Shown here piece by piece: positions 25,606 through 32,000 of a stretch of DNA of 32,000 bases (position 1 is the first letter of the stretch; each line of letters starts with the position of its first letter). The translations under genes were made by a program, and so were the position numbers. Below the pieces are notes generated by a model. It was not told where the DNA came from, made no database searches, and worked only from the letters and a program-made list of their open reading frames with translations. Source of the DNA: Geobacter metallireducens GS-15 (GTDB lineage: Bacteria; Desulfobacterota; Desulfuromonadia; Geobacterales; Geobacteraceae); NCBI RefSeq assembly GCF_000012925.1, contig NC_007517.1:2520001-2552000 (forward strand), written 5' to 3'.

Positions 25606-26388
25606 TCAAGGCATCGGCTTATCTTGCAAATAGACCCCACAGGACCAAGCACCGTCCACTGCCAGTTCCGCCCCCGAAATATATGATGAGTCATCGCTTG
25701 CCAGAAAAAGACTGGCGCGAGCAATTTCCTCTGATTGTCCAACACGGCTCAAGGCGATTCCAGGAAATTTGATTTTCAGTTCTGCATTAACCTCTTCGAA
25801 GGACTTACCATCCGGGTTATTCATCGGCGTTACGATCCACCCAGGATGTAGAGAGTTAACACGGATGCCGAAAGGGCCCACCTCCATGGCAACACACTTG
25901 GTCAGACCACGCACTCCCCACTTACTTGCCGAATAGGCACCCGATCCGGAAGATCCGCGCAACCCGTTCACAGACGAAACATTAATAATAGAACCACGTC
26001 GGTTCTTTTTCATCGTGGGGATAACTGCCTTCATCCCCAAATATGGGCCAATCAGGTTAATATCAAGAATCCGACGAAAAGCTTCGCTCCGGGTTTCATC
26101 AATCGGCGAAGAAAAGAAAACGGCCGCATTGTTCACAAGTATGTCGATGCAGCCATACCTATCAATAATGCCTTCCACCAATTGCTCCCATCCCTGCTCG
26201 TCAGTCACATCAAGATGCTGATACATTGTGTTGCGGCCAAGTCTCTTTGCCAAGGCCTCGCCCTCAACATCAAGAACATCAACAATCACCACACTGGCGC
26301 CTTCTTGGACAAAAACCTCTGCAGTCGTTTGGCCCATACCACGGGCACCACCAGTCACAATGGCCACTTTGCCGTCAAGTTTTCCCAT
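25606..26388 (-). CDS. Short-chain dehydrogenase/reductase (3alpha/20beta-hydroxysteroid-dehydrogenase-like subgroup)
   Basis: 260 aa with GKVAIVTGGARGMG, NNAA and the catalytic YSASK. There is an AGGAGAG RBS. The subgroup assignment is only by resemblance. Confidence 0.85.
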   Translation of the reverse strand: MGKLDGKVAIVTGGARGMGQTTAEVFVQEGASVVIVDVLDVEGEALAKRLGRNTMYQHLDVTDEQGWEQLVEGIIDRYGCIDILVNNAAVFFSSPIDETRSEAFRRILDINLIGPYLGMKAVIPTMKKNRRGSIINVSSVNGLRGSSGSGAYSASKWGVRGLTKCVAMEVGPFGIRVNSLHPGWIVTPMNNPDGKSFEEVNAELKIKFPGIALSRVGQSEEIARASLFLASDDSSYISGAELAVDGAWSCGVYLQDKPMP

Positions 26389-26457
26389 TGATACTCTCCT
26401 TACTGTTTCTTAGTGACACAAGTCCCTAAAACCGCGGATAAAAATTTTCTTTCTACT

Positions 26458-27276
26458 TTATTGTGGTTTTTCTGTAATGACTCCATGCTCAGTATCATCG
26501 AAAAGTTTCTCAATTTCAGCGCCCGTCTTTACACCATCTACGACCCGCCCATCGGATAAAACGGTAGTGGGCGTCATGCGAATTCTCAGTTCTTTGAACA
26601 GAGTTTTCCCTTCTTCGGCATAGTCCCTGCCGCAGGTTATATCTGCAATCGCAGTACCATTGAAACTTTCTTCCAGAAGTCGCAGCCCTTTATCCATTCC
26701 GTCCTGTGCCGCGCACAAAATGGAGTTGGTTACAGCAGAAGCTCGGGGATGAATATCAAGAGGAGTAAGTATGATACGGACCCCTAACTGCGGGTCCTCT
26801 TTGGTCAGTGCAACAAGCTCCCGATGGAACTTGGCGCAAAACGGACATTCCGGGTCGGTGAAGACATAAATATTTCTGCTGCCAGTTGCGTTACCGAGGA
26901 CGAGAGCATTGTCAAGCGGGAGTTTTGATGGGTCAATACGCCGCACCCGATTAAGGGCGGTTGCGGTTACGTCTTTCTTGCTGCCAGTATCAAGTATTCT
27001 GCCTGCAATGAGGAATTTCTTCGAAAAATCAAGATATATGATGCCAGTGCTATCATTATGTCTTATTATTATTTCAAATAATCCCCGCACGGGAGAAGGC
27101 CCGACCGATTCTACCGTAGTAGCAGGGTCAACATTCTTAACCAAGGCTACGACCTCTTCCTTCTTGATAGTGTGGCAGGCTATGCAGTTTCCACTACATC
27201 CTTCCGTTCCCGTTCCGAAACCATATGCCGTCGATACAAACGCAAACGGCAGGAGAATTCTCATCAACCATTTCAT
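26458..27276 (-). CDS. Periplasmic DsbC/DsbG-like thiol:disulfide interchange protein with an extra N-terminal CXXCH motif
   Basis: ORF 26458..27312. The ATG at 27276 follows a G-rich RBS. The signal peptide is MKWLMRILLPFAFVSTAYG. The thioredoxin-fold active site is FTDPECPFCAKFH. CSGNCIACH follows directly after the signal peptide (CIACH at nt 27172-27186). Confidence 0.75.
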   Translation of the reverse strand: MKWLMRILLPFAFVSTAYGFGTGTEGCSGNCIACHTIKKEEVVALVKNVDPATTVESVGPSPVRGLFEIIIRHNDSTGIIYLDFSKKFLIAGRILDTGSKKDVTATALNRVRRIDPSKLPLDNALVLGNATGSRNIYVFTDPECPFCAKFHRELVALTKEDPQLGVRIILTPLDIHPRASAVTNSILCAAQDGMDKGLRLLEESFNGTAIADITCGRDYAEEGKTLFKELRIRMTPTTVLSDGRVVDGVKTGAEIEKLFDDTEHGVITEKPQ

Positions 27277-27380
27277 ATTGCCCCCCCAGAAGAACCGGAT
27301 CATTTGGTGCACGTTTGCCAGGAGTGATCAATTTGGCAGGATGTTGCATTTCTTTGGCTGAGAAATTAAACCCCTCTCAA

Positions 27381-28706
27381 CTAGGAGAAATCCGCCCCGA
27401 TTTTATCATCAAGCTTACTTTCAACAGTTACCACAGCATTCGATACGGGAGGCTTGGCAAATAATACTAGAATAGCTCCCAGAAGAGCGATAGTCGCCCC
27501 TCCGTATAAGGCCAATACATAGCTGCCGAAACGATCGTAGACGATCCCGGCTAAAAGTGGTGCAATAGCACTGCCCCCATTTGTAAGGGGAAGGGCCACT
27601 CCCATGAGTGGGGCAAAAGATTTGACGCCATAATAGTTGGCCAAAATTGTCGGCATGGCAACGAAGCTTGCACCAAAACCGACCCCAACGCAGCAGGCGT
27701 AAAGGTAAACCACGGCAGTATTAGTGGCATTTGCAAGCGCAACTGCTCCCAGCAGGGTCGAAAACACAGCCGCACTTAAGATAAACCGCGGCTCTATACG
27801 ATCACCTAAAATACCGGCAAACAACTTGCCGCCTACACTGCAAAGCAGTAACAAACCGGCGGACAGGGCAGCAAACTGCGGAGAATGTCCAAGGCTGCGC
27901 AAATGAATCACACCATGAGCGACACATGTATTAAAGACGGCAAGAAAACTGAAAGAGGCAATAATGATCAACCAGAATATTTTCGTTTTTAATACTTCCC
28001 TGACAGGCCAAAATTCGCTCGATTGATATATCCGCGAGGAGCGGACCTGCGCATTGCGGGCAGTGTTTTCAGAGCTTTTTCCCGGCGGCACCCCATCAGG
28101 AAACTGTCCCATTGAAGCCGGAGTGTTTCTGACCCCCCCAGCAGCTATAGTTGCAGCTGCCAAACCGGTGGCCACAACTACCAACCAGCCGTTTTTCCAG
28201 TTACCGTTGGAAGCGGCAATGATTTTATTCAAAAGTGGAGCTGCAATGAACGAGCCGAAGCCGGCTGCCGAAAGCGCAATAGACATGGCAAGAGCTCTTC
28301 GCCTGACAAACCAATTGGTCACACCGGTCTGTATGGGGATAACCGTACCCAAACCAACGCCTGTACCAATAACAACCCCAAAAGTCAGAACATACTGCCA
28401 TCCCTTCGATACCGTCAGCGCCATAAGCAACGCCCCAAAAGCCACGATCAGCCCGCCTGAGGCAAGGGTAAAACGAATACCTTTTTTGTTGACGCAGTAC
28501 GCCACCAGTGGCCCAGAAAGCGCCGAGGAGAGGACAAAAAGGGAAAATCCAAGTCCAACGATACTTTTAGTTATTCCAATACTTTCAGCCATATAGCTGT
28601 TAATTACACTTGCGCCAACGTAGGGAAAGGTAGCATTCAGAAAATAAATTCCAAAAAACATCCCGACCAGCGTCCATCCGTAAAACCTCGTGGCTTGCTG
28701 TGCCAT
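27381..28706 (-). CDS. MFS transporter (oxalate/formate-antiporter-like, probable carboxylate carrier)
   Basis: 441 aa with about 12 hydrophobic helices and a central hydrophilic loop (...GQFPDGVPPGKSSENTARNAQVRSS...). There is an AGGAGG RBS. Confidence 0.8.
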   Translation of the reverse strand: MAQQATRFYGWTLVGMFFGIYFLNATFPYVGASVINSYMAESIGITKSIVGLGFSLFVLSSALSGPLVAYCVNKKGIRFTLASGGLIVAFGALLMALTVSKGWQYVLTFGVVIGTGVGLGTVIPIQTGVTNWFVRRRALAMSIALSAAGFGSFIAAPLLNKIIAASNGNWKNGWLVVVATGLAAATIAAGGVRNTPASMGQFPDGVPPGKSSENTARNAQVRSSRIYQSSEFWPVREVLKTKIFWLIIIASFSFLAVFNTCVAHGVIHLRSLGHSPQFAALSAGLLLLCSVGGKLFAGILGDRIEPRFILSAAVFSTLLGAVALANATNTAVVYLYACCVGVGFGASFVAMPTILANYYGVKSFAPLMGVALPLTNGGSAIAPLLAGIVYDRFGSYVLALYGGATIALLGAILVLFAKPPVSNAVVTVESKLDDKIGADFS

Positions 28707-28738
28707 TGCGCCTCCTGCTTAAAGCTGATATAAGACTT

Positions 28739-30398
28739 TCAATTTGTCGAAGGCAAATTGAATTCCTTCACACCAATTTCACGTAATTTGAATTTTTGAA
28801 CTTTTCCAACAGCGGTTCTTGGAATCTGAGACTCTGTAACAAACTTTAGGTATCTGGGTATTTTATATTTACCGATTTTACCTTCGCAGAAGGCTATAAT
28901 GTCGTTTGCGTCTGCCTGTATTCCTTCTTTGAGAATAACAAAGACACCGACCAGTTCCCCCATGCGCTTATCGGGCAGCCCCACTGCAAAACAACACGCA
29001 ACGGCGGGATGTTGTGTGATTATCTGTTCAACTTCGAGTGGATCGATATTCAAGCCACCGGAAATAATGAGCTCTTTCAGCCTCCCTGTTAACTTCAAAT
29101 AGCCATTTTCATCCATCTCACCAAGATCTCCAGTCAAAAACCAACCATCCTTGTCAAACGACTTTGCATATTGATCCGGATTGTTATAATAGCCGGGGGT
29201 AACATTCCATCCCCGAGTCAATATCTCACCCTGCTGTCCGCAAGGCAGTTCCAACCGGCTCTTTATATCTACAATTTTGATATCACACCCTTCGTTGAAT
29301 TTTTTGCCTACCGAGTTGGCAATAAGTTCCGGCGTATCGCCAGCTTCGGAAAAGGTTGTCAACCCGGTATTTTCTGTCATTCCGTAGGCAGCAAACAGGG
29401 ACATGCCAAATTTTTCCGTGATTTCTCTGACCCAAGGTGGGCGTATACGGCGCCCCCCCAATATCCCCTACCCTCATCGACATGAATTTTGCAGGACTGA
29501 AATCGCCATCGTTCATGAGCATGGTAAACATTGCAGGGGTTCCAGCAAACATCGTAATATTGTGTTTTTGAACTCCTTCAATTATTTCAGCGGTATTAAA
29601 TGTTTCAAAAATGACAATCCTCGTGCCAAAGAGCTCACCTAACTTTATAGTGGTCAGGAGCCCGAAATTTGTGAAGAAAGGGGTGCAGCCAAGGATTGCA
29701 TCATTTTCAGCCAATTGAAACACTTTGCCCATTTTAGCGAAGACCCGATTGCTCTGATGGTGTGTGGTCAACACCCCCTTAGGTACTCCGGTTGTTCCCG
29801 AGGTAAATAATACTGTGCTCACATCATGTGGAGTAACGGCTGTCATGGCTGCGTTAAGGTCCTTGTCGGAAATGCCCTGCCCCGACTCAAGAAAATCCGA
29901 AAAGCGGAACATTCCCCCATGATTATTCGGACTCAAACAAATCACGGTTTGCAAATAAGGCAACTCTGGCAAAGCGATCTTTCCCGGGGCAAACCCACTC
30001 AATCCTGGGCAAACCGTATACAGCAACTCGATAAAGTCGATGCCAACCGCCGTGTCCATTATGAATAGCGCATTAACTTCCCCAGAACTAAGAATCATTT
30101 CCAGTTCATGGGTCTTGTAGCGGGTGTTGATAGGCACCAGCCAAGCACCGATCCATGCAACAGCATTTCTGACAACAATCCACTCCGGAATGTTCGTCAT
30201 CATAATGCCTACCCGATCACCTTTTTTAATACCCGCCCTCAATAACGCTTTTGCCAACTTGGATGAGAGCTCGCGCAATTCCCCCCATGACAGAATTCGA
30301 TCCTTAAAAATGATCGCCGTTTTGTCACGATCAACCTTGCTGACCGTCTCATGTAGAAGTTGTGCTTGGTTCAAATTGCAATAATCCATGATATCCAT
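28739..30398 (-). pseudogene. AMP-dependent acyl-CoA synthetase/ligase disrupted by a +1 frameshift (or affected by an assembly error)
   Basis: The N-terminal part is in ORF 29283..30527 (FTSGTTGVPKGV ... SMRVGDIGGAP). The C-terminal part is in ORF 28739..29461 (...PPWVREITEKFGMSLFAAYGMTENTG ... TGDLGEMDENGYLKLTGRLKE ... PRTAVGKVQKFKL). The two frames overlap at 29283-29461, and the switch must occur within about 29431-29461. The likely start is the ATG at 30398 (MDIMDY), preceded by GAGGA. Confidence 0.8.
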
Positions 30399-30703
30399 AG
30401 GACATATCCTCTGCGATGGGGCTCGTTGTAATTGACCGGAAAAACTGCCATCGCCGTGAGATTTGCACCAACGTGCAAATCTCACGGCTACGTTCGTATT
30501 ACTGCTGGGAAACAAGGTACGATACATTATAAAATGTAGTTTTGTATAATTACACTTTCAGTCCATATCTATATTATTCATTCTAATGAACCAGCTAACT
30601 TCAAGTCCACAGAAACCTCAGCATGTCATCAATTACCGCTATTAGGCGCTCTCGCTCCACCATGCAACCATGCTCAGTTACTGGCAAAACAGACCAACCC
30701 CAC

Positions 30704-30723
30704 GCAACCGAACGTTCGGTTGC
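30704..30723. promoter_or_regulatory. Operator-like site D: perfect 20-bp palindrome GCAACCGAACGTTCGGTTGC
   Basis: The sequence is self-complementary over all 20 nt. It begins 6 nt downstream of the -10 hexamer of the promoter below, and its core is related to sites A-C. Confidence 0.6.
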
Positions 30724-30729
30724 ATACAT

Positions 30730-30759
30730 ATATTAGTTTTTTTCAGCTCGACATGTCAA
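30730..30759 (-). promoter_or_regulatory. Sigma70-type promoter for the ligase-MFS-DsbC-SDR gene string
   Basis: The minus strand reads TTGACA (30759-30754), then an 18-nt spacer, then TAATAT (30735-30730). It lies about 330 nt upstream of the ligase start. Confidence 0.6.
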
Positions 30760-31002
30760 GTTAAAAATAGATAAATGGAACAATGTTATATATGATTTTA
30801 GATTTAACGGATCGTGTCCTAACGGGTCAATTTTGTAACAGGAGAGGCTATATGGTGAGATGTGAAAGGGGATCAGCAGGAGGAAACGGTTCACATACGA
30901 AAAAGACGATATGAATGTGCTTCAAGAGAAGTTTTTTTGTCGTAAGCCCATCAGGCTGTCCGAAATCGACGCCTGATAATCTTCACTGCCATAGCACTGG
31001 CC

Positions 31003-31446
31003 TCAATCCACGCGGGGCAGACATGAAAAACTAGAAAGCGACTGGATCATGAAAGTCCCCGTCGCCACGGCCGCCAATGCACCATCGGGGGCGAAAAGCT
31101 CTGCGCGACTGACCCCGATATTCTTCCCGCGCCTGATAACACTGGCATCGGCACGCAGAATATTTCCTCGCACAGGAAGCAGATAATTTACCTTGATTTC
31201 AATACTTGAGCAGGTTATGCCAGGGGGAAGCTCACTGAGAATAGCGGAACAGAGAGCGGAATCGGCAAGGTTTGCCAGAAAACCACCATGCACCGTTCCC
31301 AAGGTGTTCAGAAACTCCGGCCGTACCGGAAGCTCCAGATGCACAAATCCAGGCTTGTGTCTGACAAGGCGTACCCCTAACCACGTTTGATAATTCTTCT
31401 CGGTAAAGGAACGCTCAAGCTCTGTTAAAAGCGCACTGTTTTCCAA
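31003..31446 (-). CDS. PaaI-family hotdog thioesterase
   Basis: 147 aa with a TTG start 9 nt after GGGAG. It carries the motif GTVHGGFLANLADSALCSAI. Confidence 0.75.
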   Translation of the reverse strand: MENSALLTELERSFTEKNYQTWLGVRLVRHKPGFVHLELPVRPEFLNTLGTVHGGFLANLADSALCSAILSELPPGITCSSIEIKVNYLLPVRGNILRADASVIRRGKNIGVSRAELFAPDGALAAVATGTFMIQSLSSFSCLPRVD

Positions 31447-31513
31447 GCAAGGTTACTCCCAAATCTTAAGATACTGTCATTGCAATATAATAGATTTAAA
31501 TATGATCAGAAAA

Positions 31514-31984
31514 TCAATTCTCGGGTAAAAAGTATTCTTCGTAGAGATCTTCCAGTATTTGAAGATGGAGTGATTCCTCTGCCAATAGCTGTCCGAACAG
31601 GACATCGTTCTGCGCCCCGCCACTCTCATTGGCCATATGATTGTAAAAATCAATAGCCCCCTTTTCCACATGGATGGCATAGGCTAACGCCTCACGTGCG
31701 TCCGAATCAGAATGAAGCATTTTTTTGGGCAAGACATAATGGAGGTTCATAGTCGGAACCGGCCGGGTTAAGGCAGAACTCTCCAATCTTCCCTTTATCA
31801 AGGCCTTTTCCAGACGGTTTTTATGAACCAGTTTCGCAAGGGCGACCCGCCTGAGCGTTTTCTTAGCCCATTCATTCCGCACTATGTTCATAGCGTCCAG
31901 ATAGTTGTGGATGTTGTCAGTCTCAAATTTGACCGCCTTTTTCAACACAGTCTCAAATACGCCTTCATCCTTGTTCTCATACAT
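31514..31984 (-). CDS. Ferritin-like/rubrerythrin-like four-helix-bundle protein (tentative)
   Basis: 156 aa with a GGAGGTGA RBS. Two helical segments carry Glu/His spacing: AVKFETDNIHNYLDAM and AIHVEKGAIDFYNHMA. This is a weak call made by pattern only. Confidence 0.4.
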   Translation of the reverse strand: MYENKDEGVFETVLKKAVKFETDNIHNYLDAMNIVRNEWAKKTLRRVALAKLVHKNRLEKALIKGRLESSALTRPVPTMNLHYVLPKKMLHSDSDAREALAYAIHVEKGAIDFYNHMANESGGAQNDVLFGQLLAEESLHLQILEDLYEEYFLPEN

Positions 31985-32000
31985 TGTTTCACCTCCGTTC

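Noticed and set aside
29453-29459. C7 (coding-strand G7) homopolymer as the cause of the ligase frameshift, or as a phase-variation tract
   Set aside because: Removing one G would restore a long ORF but would replace the conserved GGAP motif with GGRR. The family-consistent repair is 1 nt further downstream, in the CCC run. One 7-mer is also short for a contingency locus. It is still worth checking in the reads.
30852-30914. 20-codon plus-strand mini-ORF (MVRCERGSAGGNGSHTKKTI) preceded by GGAGAGG, in the gap between the PaaI gene and the ligase promoter
   Set aside because: The Shine-Dalgarno-like sequence is attractive, but its spacing to the ATG is only 4 nt. The peptide has no features, and I have no conservation or transcript evidence. 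I cannot support it as a gene.
1-32000. Search for CRISPR arrays, tRNA/rRNA genes, prophage genes, toxin-antitoxin pairs or known defence-system hallmarks (nucleases, helicases, STAND/AAA ATPases, methyltransferases)
   Set aside because: I found no direct-repeat/spacer architecture, no T-loop/acceptor-like tRNA signatures in the non-coding gaps, and no ORF with such motifs. All sizeable ORFs are accounted for by metabolic, transport, regulatory or IS functions. I therefore do not claim a defence or similar system here.

Overview
This 32-kb window is a densely packed accessory catabolic and transport region. 27 of its 28 coding regions lie on the minus strand. Gene content (a cytoplasmic Mo/W-bisPGD enzyme, Cys-rich Fe-S protein, many CoA ligases and thioesterases, a DsbC-like protein with a CXXCH motif) fits an anaerobe such as a sulfate-reducing Desulfobacterota member, but taxonomy cannot be established from the sequence alone.

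Layout:
- (i) 1-12.8 kb: a long minus-strand gene string. It holds a molybdopterin oxidoreductase (edge-truncated and missing from the supplied ORF track), a hotdog thioesterase, an acyl-CoA synthetase, a DapB-like dehydrogenase, an SDR, a SnoaL-like protein, an MBL hydrolase, a PaaI thioesterase, a Zn-ADH, an SDR, a VOC/epimerase-like protein, TesB and a Fe-S protein.
- (ii) 12.86-14.2 kb: a GC-rich IS5-family element carrying the only plus-strand gene. It sits inside the 3' end of a TetR-family regulator gene.
- (iii) 14.2-24.9 kb: a more AT-rich block. It holds TetR, a secreted tandem-Cache protein, a small lipoprotein, and an envelope module of DUF1302 barrel, DUF1329 LolA-like protein, acyl-CoA synthetase, BNR/Ycf48-like propeller and RND/MMPL-like transporter.
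- (iv) 25.6-30.4 kb: a frameshifted acyl-CoA synthetase, an MFS transporter, a DsbC-like protein and an SDR.
- (v) 31.0-32.0 kb: a PaaI thioesterase and a ferritin-like protein.

I found no rRNA, tRNA, CRISPR array, phage genes or recognisable defence or toxin genes.

Main observations:
- A 16-20 bp quasi-palindromic operator (core CGAACGGTCG) recurs in four promoter regions. One copy is a perfect 20-bp palindrome just downstream of a near-consensus sigma70 promoter.
- The only regulator in the window (TetR) has lost its C-terminus to the IS. The ancestral C-terminus and a TTAA target duplication are still readable across the element.
- The poorly understood DUF1302/DUF1329/BNR/RND envelope module has a CoA ligase embedded in it. 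This is the best candidate here for an undescribed uptake-and-activation system.

All functional calls rest on motif and family recognition by eye. No database search was run.
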